Sequence record: OR234014.1
Strand: one strand, 5' to 3'
Source of the DNA: Staphylococcus phage SAC
DNA: 64,000 nt
Shown: positions 49,190 to 58,765 of the stretch, piece by piece
Position numbering within the stretch: the stretch's first letter is position 1
Layout: the number at the start of each line of letters is the position of its first letter
Position numbers and translations under genes: made by a program
The notes under the pieces: generated by a model
Databases searched by the model: none
Seen by the model: only the letters and a program-made list of their open reading frames with translations
What the model was told of the DNA's origin: nothing

Positions 49190-49535
49190 GTCTGCCAAGT
49201 CTCGTTGTAGTTGTTTGCTGAACCGTTTATACCCTATCTTTCGATATATTTTAAAGGGACTAGACTATACCATAATCTTAATATGTAACTAAGACTTACC
49301 TATTATAGTCGTTGAACCTTCTCCATTTTACAGGAGCTTGGATGCTAATTACCAATTATGTAGTACTTAGGATTTAACCTTATACCATCTAACTAATTTT
49401 TTCTGATTTCTCAACATTCAAGCCTAGTCTTTCGACTTACTTTGTAGTTTAGTTAGCTTTACGGTGTTCTAGCAATTTAAGGTATTATTCAATGCACATC
49501 ACTGTACAAGGGGTCTATTTAGTTAAACCATGGTA
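49190..49535 (-). mobile_element. group I intron (tail tube gene, upstream copy of a tandem pair)
   Basis: Minus-strand R GGUUCAACGACUAUAAU (~49315) and S GGUAUAGUCUAGUC (~49275). Its 5' half is nearly identical to the TMP, IStron and portal intron 5' halves. Confidence 0.6.
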
Positions 49536-49853
49536 ACTAATAATAACTTGTTTCGTTAAGTTATCTACTACTAAGATATCAATAATATCTTTCTTAAGAA
49601 TTTCTTCACCAAGTGAAGCATATCCTAAATCTGCGAAGTTTTCTTTTTTCATACGTAAACGTTCTAGTGTAATTGTACCAGCATATTTTAAGTAAACATG
49701 CTCTTGTGGCATAATACTACCAATTTCGTATACACCAGTAGTTCCGTATTCACGTTGACCTTTAGCAGATTGTGCTCTTCCAACTGGTTTACCTTTTACC
49801 ATTAGCATAACGGTATTACCAGTATGGACAGACTGCTTAGCCTCTGAAGCCAT
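49515..49853 (-). CDS. tail tube protein, 5' exon (112 of ~140 aa)
   Basis: Immediately downstream of the sheath gene. The ORF ends inside the intron. Remaining short exons must lie between and after the two introns, with the last exon ending just before the terminator at ~48820. Confidence 0.55.
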   Translation of the reverse strand: MASEAKQSVHTGNTVMLMVKGKPVGRAQSAKGQREYGTTGVYEIGSIMPQEHVYLKYAGTITLERLRMKKENFADLGYASLGEEILKKDIIDILVVDNLTKQVIISYHGLTK

Positions 49854-49915
49854 ATTAATTCACTCTCCTATTAAATTTAATAGGAGTACCTAAACTAGGT
49901 ACTCCTTGTCCTAGT

Positions 49916-51676
49916 TTAGGCTCTTAATGTTTGTTGTTGGTATACCAAGCTAACAGAAATTTTCTTGAAGCTTCTGATAGGGTATACAACCATTGAGATT
50001 CTAGCTTCATTACCCTCGACAATAACTTGTACGTCTTCAGGTGGGAAGTCTTGAATTTCGTTATCTCGTTTCTTGCGTCCTAAGAATGACTGTACAAAGT
50101 CTTTGATAATTGAAGCACTTGTATTGATAGTACGAGTACCAATAAAGTTATTTTCAAGCTCAAGTTTTAACTCAGAACATAAGAAGTCATTTGCTTCCCC
50201 AACAGCCATTTCTGACTTAACAGGGTCATTTTTATCATTAAATGTCGTAACATCGTCTGTTAATCTAAAGAATGTATTAGCTCTATTACGAACATATTGT
50301 ACGGTGATAATACCGTTTTCATTTAACTCATCTAAGTCTAATGATTCATATAATTGGTCTACATTATTAATACGTAGTTGCTTAAAGGTAATAGACTCAC
50401 CTATAGCTAAACCACTTACCAAACCTCCGATAGCAGAAGCTACCATATAAGCTGGTACATGTAACTTACGACCATTGTCCATTGTGAATATACCTGAGTT
50501 AGCTACTAAAGCAACTCGTGGGCTAGATAATGATGATTGACGACCAAATAATTGTTCTTTCGTTTCATTAAATCCTCCACCTAGAATAGCACGCATAGGT
50601 TCACCTGCATCAGAACGTTCTTTAACAAAAGAAGCTACTTCTGCATGAACAGATTGTTTAGAGGATAGTGGTACCATGTAGTATCCACCTTCATGTGCAA
50701 ATTTTTCGATTTTATCCGCCCATGTAGCAGGAGGTTCACCATTTGTACCACCTGAAAGTTTTGTTAATTCAAAAGGTGTGATTTCTTGAATTGGGGACAC
50801 AGCTGTTACAGTAGCAGATTCTTCATGTGCGTCTACTTCTACGTTTTTAGGTGCTTGTTCAGATACTAATCGTTCAAATGAAACAAGTCCGTTATAGGCT
50901 GTTTGTTTCTCTAAATCACCAAATACTGCTTTTACATACTCAGCTTTATCCTTAATGTTAACATCTGTCATAGGGTCTAATAAGTAAGACTCTAAGTTCT
51001 TATCTCCAAAAGGTGATAACTTAGCTTCAAAATCAGGTAATTGGTTAATATCGTTAATGATGGCATTAGTAGTAGCGTAAGCTCCTCCTGTTAAGTCATA
51101 AGACTTAACTTCTGTGCTATTAGCTTTTAATACTAATCTTTTTGCTTTTTGTGTCTCTTTATCGTGCTCTACAGAAAAAGTAGCTGTACTTTCACTACCT
51201 TTATATTTGATAGTGAAGATATTACCAATATTATCATATGTTTCATTAAATCTATCATCTTGGAAGATTAAATGTAAACGTAATGAATTACTGATTGTAT
51301 TTTTTTCTAATCCTACTTGAATGTTGTTAGCTACGTTACCATAAATCTGTGAAGTAACTTTCAATCCGCCTACTTCAGCTGTAGCTGGTTTAGCATCCTC
51401 TACACGCATAGCAAAAATCTTACCTGCTGTGTATTGTGGATTAGAACCCCAAGCTAATTCAATTGCATCAAGTAATTCACCTGAGCGGAATAGTCTTTTA
51501 GCTTGTGCGTAGTTTCTTAATTCATATACGGTATCAGGTTTACCACCTTCAGCTTGTCCAATTAAACATAAAATCTTTTCACTGGAGCTAGCTGATTTAC
51601 CGATACCTGTACTGTCTACATTAATGACTGCATGTGGACGAGTGACAGGTCTTCGTGGAAACGGTTCAACTGCCAT
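49916..51676 (-). CDS. tail sheath protein
   Basis: 586 aa. Size and position match the tail sheath of K/Twort-like phages. Confidence 0.75.
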   Translation of the reverse strand: MAVEPFPRRPVTRPHAVINVDSTGIGKSASSSEKILCLIGQAEGGKPDTVYELRNYAQAKRLFRSGELLDAIELAWGSNPQYTAGKIFAMRVEDAKPATAEVGGLKVTSQIYGNVANNIQVGLEKNTISNSLRLHLIFQDDRFNETYDNIGNIFTIKYKGSESTATFSVEHDKETQKAKRLVLKANSTEVKSYDLTGGAYATTNAIINDINQLPDFEAKLSPFGDKNLESYLLDPMTDVNIKDKAEYVKAVFGDLEKQTAYNGLVSFERLVSEQAPKNVEVDAHEESATVTAVSPIQEITPFELTKLSGGTNGEPPATWADKIEKFAHEGGYYMVPLSSKQSVHAEVASFVKERSDAGEPMRAILGGGFNETKEQLFGRQSSLSSPRVALVANSGIFTMDNGRKLHVPAYMVASAIGGLVSGLAIGESITFKQLRINNVDQLYESLDLDELNENGIITVQYVRNRANTFFRLTDDVTTFNDKNDPVKSEMAVGEANDFLCSELKLELENNFIGTRTINTSASIIKDFVQSFLGRKKRDNEIQDFPPEDVQVIVEGNEARISMVVYPIRSFKKISVSLVYQQQTLRA

Positions 51677-51698
51677 GTATAATTCTCCTATCTATATA

Positions 51699-51905
51699 TT
51701 AAATTTCTAATTCTCTACCTAAATACTTTTCTAAAAATGGAATAAAGTCTTTTTCATTGAACAGGTAGTGTTTACCTTCCATGTAGGCTTTAAAACCTGC
51801 TACCTGTGACTCTTTCATATTAAACAAGGTCTGTGCTGTTTTTAAAAATGTATCTATATGTACATAACCTGTAAAGGTTTTACCTTTAGGTGTTTTCTTA
51901 GCCAT
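51699..51905 (-). CDS. hypothetical virion-module protein
   Basis: 68-aa ORF. Confidence 0.35.
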   Translation of the reverse strand: MAKKTPKGKTFTGYVHIDTFLKTAQTLFNMKESQVAGFKAYMEGKHYLFNEKDFIPFLEKYLGRELEI

Positions 51906-52741
51906 TATCTTTTTGCTCCTTTATTCTTGAAAGTAATCTTATTAATATCTTGTGTTATTGTATAATCTAAATCTAATGAACTTGTGTATTTAATTATAGT
52001 AGGTCTACCAAAGATAGATGACTCACCGTCTTGGAATATAGGTGCGATATCTCCAAATGCAAGATTTTGTAGCTGGAATGTTTGTTGTTCTTCTATACTG
52101 TCTCTCATAGATATCAATATCATTTTTAATACGGCATCTAAACATCTAGCAACATCTACATTATACGACATACCCACAATTGTTACTTGTTCTTCTATGG
52201 TAATACCTTTTACTAACCCTTTACTATCATTTGTTTTTTCTACATATACAATATTTGCGTTGTAGCCTTCATAAGTCTCATTGTTAGTATAATTAAAAGA
52301 TACAGTGTTATCTGATACTTTAACATCATCGTAAGAATCAAACGCTATGTCTTCTACTCTTATTACATTAGAAATAGGTTTAGATACATGAAATACTAAA
52401 CGATTACCTTCTCTTTTAGCTACTGATTGTTCACTATATGTGTTACCCGAAGCTTCTAGATAAGACCCTTGTATACTACCTAAAGAGTTTTTAACCTCTT
52501 GACCTTGTCCTAGTTGTATTAGGTAATGAGCTTCGTAGTTGTTTTTAAAGCTAGGGAAATTGAACCCTACTGTTACTTCGTGCTTTGCGTTCTTACCGCA
52601 AAAAGCCTCTTTGAACATTTCCCTAGTTTGATAATCAAAGTCTTTTAAAACTTCATCTATAATATAACAATTACTTAGTACTGTATGTAATCTGGGCTTT
52701 ATTTGCTCTAGTAAATATGAGTCTACTGATGTTATTGCCAT
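51905..52741 (-). CDS. virion structural protein
   Basis: 278-aa ORF in the head-tail joining module. Confidence 0.4.
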   Translation of the reverse strand: MAITSVDSYLLEQIKPRLHTVLSNCYIIDEVLKDFDYQTREMFKEAFCGKNAKHEVTVGFNFPSFKNNYEAHYLIQLGQGQEVKNSLGSIQGSYLEASGNTYSEQSVAKREGNRLVFHVSKPISNVIRVEDIAFDSYDDVKVSDNTVSFNYTNNETYEGYNANIVYVEKTNDSKGLVKGITIEEQVTIVGMSYNVDVARCLDAVLKMILISMRDSIEEQQTFQLQNLAFGDIAPIFQDGESSIFGRPTIIKYTSSLDLDYTITQDINKITFKNKGAKR

Positions 52742-52759
52742 CCTACTTCCATAACCTTT

Positions 52760-53380
52760 CTACATTAAATTCTTAATCTTCCAGTTCATAAGATTTCTAA
52801 CATACTTTAATGTTGTTTTAGAGAAGTTGTTTTCATTAACCTTATCTCTATTTAATATCCATGAACTTGCAGGGGATTTACTAGATACTGTTCTAAACAT
52901 AAAGTAACTAGATTTTTTACCATTTCTTACTTTAGTAATTCTACTTGATTTACTAGCAGGATTTAGTGATGGATGACTAATATTACTTCGTCTACCCTCT
53001 AGATAATCAGTAAGAGTAGATACTGAATTACTTGAACTGTCTATTTTTAAAGACCTTAAGTCTTGGTATGTTTTATTATTCATCTTACTTGTTTTTATTC
53101 TTATAGGCACCGTTAGATACCAACCACCATCTTTAGTCTTTTTCTTTTTAGATGAATGAGCAAAAGCTTTCTTAAGGTCTATTACACCTTTCTTCTCTAG
53201 CTTTTTCTCAGTTATTTGTAAATAAGTAGGCATACGTTTGACACTCACATTATCTACTTGTAATGCTGTAGCTTGTAATCTATCTAAAATATCAGAACGC
53301 ATAGCATCTACTGTTCTCTTACCTACATTTTTATAGCTCTTGTCTCTAAATAACTTAGGTCTAGTTGCTTTTATAGGCAT
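52760..53380 (-). CDS. virion structural protein
   Basis: 206-aa basic ORF. Confidence 0.4.
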   Translation of the reverse strand: MPIKATRPKLFRDKSYKNVGKRTVDAMRSDILDRLQATALQVDNVSVKRMPTYLQITEKKLEKKGVIDLKKAFAHSSKKKKTKDGGWYLTVPIRIKTSKMNNKTYQDLRSLKIDSSSNSVSTLTDYLEGRRSNISHPSLNPASKSSRITKVRNGKKSSYFMFRTVSSKSPASSWILNRDKVNENNFSKTTLKYVRNLMNWKIKNLM

Positions 53381-54255
53381 TATAGCATTCCCCCAAAGAA
53401 ACCACCTGAATGATTATCTTTAGATTCTTTTTTAGGGTCTTCTACCTGTATCTCTAAGTCCTCTTCTATACCATCATTAACTTTAAATGGCTCAGGTAGT
53501 ACAATAACGTCTTCCCTTTTTAATAATAGCTTCTGAGGTAAATTTTCAAACTTTGTATTAGGTTGATTAAATTTAGTATATTGGTATCGACTTTCTTTTA
53601 ATATATCTGATACTACATATCTAAGTACCATTAAAATATTTAAGGATATAGTTTTGTTTTCAAACTTAGCGTCCATGAATAATCTATTGTTCTCTATATT
53701 ATAGTCATCTTCATAAACATTACCATCGTTAGATGTAATAAAGGTTACTTCTTTGACATCATAGTATAGAGGTATACCTTTTTGTATACGCTCTTTAGTA
53801 ACATGGTATATAAGTTGTTGTGGCATCAATACTTCAGGAACAGTAAACCTGTCTCTATAAGATACTCGTTTTTCTAATTGTGTAGTTCCTATAGCTGTAC
53901 CAGTATCTAAAATTCCTATATCTAAATTGTTAGTTCCTTTTTCTTGAGATTGGATAGCCATTATTGTCTCTTTAGGAGGTAAATAGGCAATACCTTTACC
54001 GTGACACCTAGGACAATCTACTCTAGGATGTCCTGTGTCAGGGTTAAGGCAAGGACAAAAGTAAGCCCTTTCCCACAGTACCTTTATACCTCTATCATTG
54101 ACAAATCTTCTCATATCCTTAGTGTCAAACTCTAGTCTAGCTGTAGATAACTTTTGTTCTTGTTCATCTGCTTGTGTTGTAGATGTATACATAGTAGACT
54201 TATTAATTATATTAGAAGTATTATTATTAGTACCTATCATAAAAGGTTTTTGCAT
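53380..54255 (-). CDS. virion structural protein with CxxC...CxxC zinc ribbon
   Basis: 291 aa containing CPCLNPDTGHPRVDCPRCHGKG. It has its own RBS (AGGAAGGAGATATTTAATG). Confidence 0.4.
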   Translation of the reverse strand: MQKPFMIGTNNNTSNIINKSTMYTSTTQADEQEQKLSTARLEFDTKDMRRFVNDRGIKVLWERAYFCPCLNPDTGHPRVDCPRCHGKGIAYLPPKETIMAIQSQEKGTNNLDIGILDTGTAIGTTQLEKRVSYRDRFTVPEVLMPQQLIYHVTKERIQKGIPLYYDVKEVTFITSNDGNVYEDDYNIENNRLFMDAKFENKTISLNILMVLRYVVSDILKESRYQYTKFNQPNTKFENLPQKLLLKREDVIVLPEPFKVNDGIEEDLEIQVEDPKKESKDNHSGGFFGGML

Positions 54256-54475
54256 TTAATATCTCCTTCCTACTATATGCCTATCATATTGGAGCCAAAG
54301 TAAGATTTTAACCCAGCTAATAGCTCTTTTATATCTTCATTAATTTGTAGTATTTGAGCACTTGCTCCACCATACATAGCAGATTGTGTAGTACCTATTG
54401 TTTCTGTAATACCATCTACATCTAGAGTTTTGTTTGCTATTCCTGCACCGATAATGAGATTACCATATGTTAATT

Positions 54476-56192
54476 AAATTAACTTCCTTTGTAAAATAAA
54501 AGGCATTATACATTCGGGTTATGGAACCCTACTAAAAGCAAACATATTATTGGTTTTGTTCTTTTAACCATTGGGAATTATGGTAGTTTTTTAAATTAAT
54601 ACTTGCATTTATATCCCTATCTTCTTCATATCCACAAGCATTACATTTAAAGACTTTATCACCTAACTGTAATTTTAAAGCATTTCTTTTTCTTTCTCCG
54701 CAATTACTGCATATTTGTGATGATGGATAATAAGTACTAGCTACTGTAAATTTTATACCTCTATCTTCACATTTATATTGTAATTGCTGTCTAATCATAT
54801 AGAAATTAGAAAACTGTATTTGTTTTCTTTTTTGTCCTGTATATCCTTTGTCTTTTATTAAATCACGAACTCTTATATCCTCTACAATAATCTCTTTAGG
54901 ATACTTTTCAACAATTTCTTTTGTTATTTCATGTACATGATTTTTAAGGATATTTGACATTTTTCTATAAACTTTAGCTATCTTATTTTCTAGCTTTAAA
55001 ACATTATTTGTTTTGGTGTGGTTAATATCATATTTATTACTTAATCTTTTCTGTAGGTCAGCTAATTTTTTTTCTAACCTTTTCATTTTCTTGGAATAAA
55101 TAATATTACCATATATTTTTCTGTTAGAACAAATTACGTGTTTTTTACCACTACCTAAGTCTATACCTATGACTTCGTTAGTATTATCCTTTTCTTTCTT
55201 GTATTGATTATCTACTTCAATTGAAAAAGATATATACCAATATTTACCATCATAGTAACATTTAGGGTTTAAAGGTTTAATGCTTTCATTCTCTAGTACT
55301 GATTTATTATTTTTATATGTACCATTAGAAATTCTTAAGTAACCTAATTTTTCAACTTTAACATGTTTTTCTTTGTTAAAGTGCATTCGGTCATATCTAA
55401 TAGGAAACCTCTTAGATTCCCTTTTCTTAGACTTAAATTTAGGTTTTCTAATTTCATGATTATGATATTTTATTAATGTTTCTCTTAAGTCATCTATTTT
55501 ACCAACTAAGGTTTTTCTAGATACTTCATTTAAGAAACTATACTTATCATCATTCTTTATTTCTTTTAGTATAGAAATCATATTTTTATGGTCTATATAT
55601 TTACCGTTATCGAGAGCTTTCCAATATCTTTCTAGCATATAATTATAAATAAATCTAGAATGGTTTACATGTTTCCACATTAACTCTTCTTGTTCTTGGG
55701 TAGGGTTTACTTTTAGTGTTATACCTCTATAAAATTTATTTTCCGTTTTTTTCATTTACTTTCACCACCTTATATATTATATCTATAATATAACATATAC
55801 TTGGGGTAATTTCAATAGGAAGTTTTCATTTAATTAACATTGTTTCCTTACTTACGCTACTAAATAAGTCTAGGTCAATTCCTAGCACTCCTTTTCAAGA
55901 CGTGTGCAGACTATTTGTTATCCCTATTAGTATAGGGTAAAGATTTTTCTTCTCCCAATCACTTGGAGCTTTACTTCTGTCGTCTATACAGAATAGTCGT
56001 TGAACGTATTCCTTATCTATTGACTTAGGACTTTCGATGCTAAACTTCCATTGCTCTTCTCCTTAGGATTTAACCTTAGAGTATCTAACTAATTTTTTCT
56101 GATTTCTCAACATTCAAGCTTAGTCTTTCGACTTACTTTGTAGTTTAGTTAGTTTTAGGATTTCTTAGCAGTTAACCTTTGAAAATGTGCAA
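54476..56192 (-). mobile_element. IStron-like chimera: group I intron core plus IS605-family tnpB plus hairpin 3' module
   Basis: 5' core (55860-56190) has R GUUCAACGACUAUUCUG and S AACAAAUAGUCUGCAC. A P1 pairing is plausible between exon UGUGU and intron GCACA. The TnpB ORF lies in the 3' part, followed by the hairpin module GGGUUCCAUAACCC. Confidence 0.65.
54547..55755 (-). CDS. tnpB: TnpB (IS605 OrfB-family RuvC-like nuclease)
   Basis: 402 aa. RuvC-I (VIGIDLGSGKK), RuvC-II (IIVEDIRV), zinc finger (CSNCGERK...CNACGYEE) and RuvC-III (DRDINASINL), with the typical N-terminal YRGITLKVNPTQEQEE...RFIYNY. Confidence 0.85.
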   Translation of the reverse strand: MKKTENKFYRGITLKVNPTQEQEELMWKHVNHSRFIYNYMLERYWKALDNGKYIDHKNMISILKEIKNDDKYSFLNEVSRKTLVGKIDDLRETLIKYHNHEIRKPKFKSKKRESKRFPIRYDRMHFNKEKHVKVEKLGYLRISNGTYKNNKSVLENESIKPLNPKCYYDGKYWYISFSIEVDNQYKKEKDNTNEVIGIDLGSGKKHVICSNRKIYGNIIYSKKMKRLEKKLADLQKRLSNKYDINHTKTNNVLKLENKIAKVYRKMSNILKNHVHEITKEIVEKYPKEIIVEDIRVRDLIKDKGYTGQKRKQIQFSNFYMIRQQLQYKCEDRGIKFTVASTYYPSSQICSNCGERKRNALKLQLGDKVFKCNACGYEEDRDINASINLKNYHNSQWLKEQNQ

Positions 56193-56193
56193 C

Positions 56194-56943
56194 TTACGCT
56201 ACACACAGGGTAATATCATCGTAACCCCATATTTGGTAAATTTCTTTTAGTGCATATTTAATAACTAATTGCTCTAATTCTGGTGGTACTTCCCATGGTT
56301 TAGTTCTACCTGCTCTTTGTCTAGGTAACATACCACTAATATAATCTAATGTAATCATTTGAGGTGCAAAAGTTGCTCTACTTGGCGGGTACATTCCTGC
56401 TAATTGAGGATATCCACTGAATACAGCATCGTAAGACATAGATTGACCCGTCTGCATTAAAGCTGTAGGGAATAACTGTACGTGACCTGCTAAATGCTCC
56501 ACTTTCCACCAGTTAGCTGGATAATCATACATAGGTCTACCATTAAATTGTAGTTGTAAATTTTCTACCTGTAATATAGGTTTTTTATATGCGTGTACAA
56601 ACATATAACTATTAAATTCTGTTTCGTAGTAATCTCTCATTTCATGTTGTAAGTCAGGTAAAATAGATATATCTAAAGCTCTTTCCGCTTTACCTATAGC
56701 TCTTTCTAATATATGATTATAAAAATCATCACCCATAGGTTGTCCTGTATCGGGGTTTTGTACTGTTATACCAAACATATAGGCTTTCACAGCATCTGCT
56801 GACCAACCATAATCAGCTAGAGTAATATTATCTAATTCTCTTTTATCTATATGTTTTGGGTTTCCAGATGGGTGATAAGGATACTCATATGATAAAGAGC
56901 TTTCGTAAGGGTCTAAACTACCACCAAACATACTGTTTACCAT
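56194..56943 (-). CDS. virion structural protein, 5' exon
   Basis: 249 aa. The ORF terminates at the intron boundary (stop ~18 nt from the conserved GTTAAC, as in the portal gene), implying continuation in a short 3' exon beyond the IStron. Confidence 0.45.
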   Translation of the reverse strand: MVNSMFGGSLDPYESSLSYEYPYHPSGNPKHIDKRELDNITLADYGWSADAVKAYMFGITVQNPDTGQPMGDDFYNHILERAIGKAERALDISILPDLQHEMRDYYETEFNSYMFVHAYKKPILQVENLQLQFNGRPMYDYPANWWKVEHLAGHVQLFPTALMQTGQSMSYDAVFSGYPQLAGMYPPSRATFAPQMITLDYISGMLPRQRAGRTKPWEVPPELEQLVIKYALKEIYQIWGYDDITLCVA

Positions 56944-56952
56944 TCTATCAAC

Positions 56953-57186
56953 CTACTTATCTTCTTTTTTAGTTGTTTTTTTAGTTGGTTTCTTCTCTTC
57001 TTTTTCTTCCTTAGGTTTTACTTCTTTCTTTGTTATTTTCTTGTCTTCCATATGTGTAAAACCTGGTAAATTAGCAAAATCTTTTTCTTGTTTAGCAGTT
57101 AGTCCTTTAACTACGCCTTTATCATCTACTTCTACTTGACCATGTACAGTAGCCATTTTAATATTTTTTAATTTATAAGTTAACAT
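56953..57186 (-). CDS. small Lys-rich protein
   Basis: 77 aa with a C-terminal KPKEEKEEKKPTKKTTKKEDK tail, downstream of the MCP gene. Confidence 0.35.
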   Translation of the reverse strand: MLTYKLKNIKMATVHGQVEVDDKGVVKGLTAKQEKDFANLPGFTHMEDKKITKKEVKPKEEKEEKKPTKKTTKKEDK

Positions 57187-57289
57187 TGATTTTTAAATTC
57201 CTTTCTTGTATACTATAAGTAGTAATAAAAAAGGAGCAACCCTTAGGTATACTCCTTATTCTATTGTATTCAATTTTTAATTGTATTTA

Positions 57290-58681
57290 CTATTTTAATG
57301 CAAGGTAACTTACGTTTTTAATACGAGCCCATTTTTTAGGAGCACGTAACGCTAAAGCACCATACCATAATACTGCAAATGTAATACTAGCATTAATTTG
57401 AGCTAATGGTAATTTCATCATTGGTAATAACTCGAACAAGTGTAATACTTGTGGTGACATTTCACCAACGAATACGTCTGCTGTTTCAGGTAATGTTTCG
57501 TTTTTATCAACGAATACTAAAGAACCATCTTCTTGTGCATCTTTAAGTGCTACACGTTTAATTAAGTAGTACATACCTGTTTCTTTACCTTGACGGTAAA
57601 TAGATACGAATTGTGGGCTTTGTTGGTACATAGAGTTAACAGTAATCTTTAATTCTACTCCATCTGTAGCATTTGTTACTGTAGCAACTTGTGCTTCTGA
57701 TGGTGCTGATTCAGCTTCATCAGAGTGAACAACTACTTTATAAGATAAACCTGCACGGTCTTCTTCTTTAGTAAATTTACCTTTTTGGTTTGTTTTTACT
57801 TCAGCTTTTACTGTAGCTGGTTGTGGTGCATTTGGTTGTGGGATTAAAGTTTCATCTAAGATTAATTCATTTTCCATTACAGTAGAACCATGTAATCTAA
57901 TGAATCCACGAGATGAATAGAATCCGTTAACACTGAAACCAGTATTTACATTACCACTATTGTCTTGCATTAATTGCATTTGTCGACCTAAGATATTAGT
58001 AACAAAGTCAGAATGTACACCGATAGGCATGTAAGCATCTGTAGCTGTACCAAAACCTTTACCGATTTTAACTGAAGCTAAGTTTAATAATTTCTCATCT
58101 AAGTGAGCACCTTTAGCGTCGATAACGTTATCAGCATCAATTAATTTAGCTAGTCCATCAAATTCTAGTCCTTCTCCACCAACTTCAGAAGTTAATGAAG
58201 CATCACCATAGAATGAAGCCCATTCAATTGTTTTAGCAACAACTGAGATAGCATCTTCAGTCAAGATTTGACCAGGGTCAGCAATGTTATTTACTAAACT
58301 AGATGCCAATGACATATTTTTAGTATCAGAAATGTATTTCATTGTAACGGTCTTTTGACGGATATTAGGGTCTGAAACTGACGCTACTCCGATTTCACGT
58401 ACAAAACGAGAATGACCTACTTTACCGTGACGTAAGAAAACATCATATTTAATTACTGTTGATTCAGCTGGTCTACGTGCAACATCACGGTAAAATACTA
58501 AATCATTATTTCCCCATGTAAGCATAGTGATTTGGTCGTTTAAAATTTCACGACGTAAAGCACCTGCATCCACTTGTGTTTCAGGAGTGATACCATATCC
58601 AGTTTGGAAGGATTTCGATAATTTTTCTTGTAATTCATCAGCAACTGCATGTTGCTTTTTTGAAAGTTCATTTTGGTTCAT
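57290..58681 (-). CDS. major capsid protein
   Basis: 463 aa with a strong RBS (AAAGGTGATATATATAAATG). Position after protease/scaffold and size match the K/Twort-like MCP. The fold cannot be verified by eye. Confidence 0.65.
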   Translation of the reverse strand: MNQNELSKKQHAVADELQEKLSKSFQTGYGITPETQVDAGALRREILNDQITMLTWGNNDLVFYRDVARRPAESTVIKYDVFLRHGKVGHSRFVREIGVASVSDPNIRQKTVTMKYISDTKNMSLASSLVNNIADPGQILTEDAISVVAKTIEWASFYGDASLTSEVGGEGLEFDGLAKLIDADNVIDAKGAHLDEKLLNLASVKIGKGFGTATDAYMPIGVHSDFVTNILGRQMQLMQDNSGNVNTGFSVNGFYSSRGFIRLHGSTVMENELILDETLIPQPNAPQPATVKAEVKTNQKGKFTKEEDRAGLSYKVVVHSDEAESAPSEAQVATVTNATDGVELKITVNSMYQQSPQFVSIYRQGKETGMYYLIKRVALKDAQEDGSLVFVDKNETLPETADVFVGEMSPQVLHLFELLPMMKLPLAQINASITFAVLWYGALALRAPKKWARIKNVSYLALK

Positions 58682-58765
58682 TTATATATATCACCTTTCA
58701 TATATGCTCTTTTTTTTTATTGTTTTATTTTACACACTATAATATAACACAACTTTGTTTCTTAA

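Noticed and set aside
54256-54546. Looked for the 3' exon of the 249-aa virion gene and for a separately promoted gene in the tnpB-to-next-gene gap. A ~63-codon frame (LTYGNLIIGAGIANK...) is open on the minus strand.
   Set aside because: It is not reported as a feature because the 3' splice site cannot be fixed by eye, and the frame relationship to exon 1 depends on it. It is flagged within the IStron finding instead.
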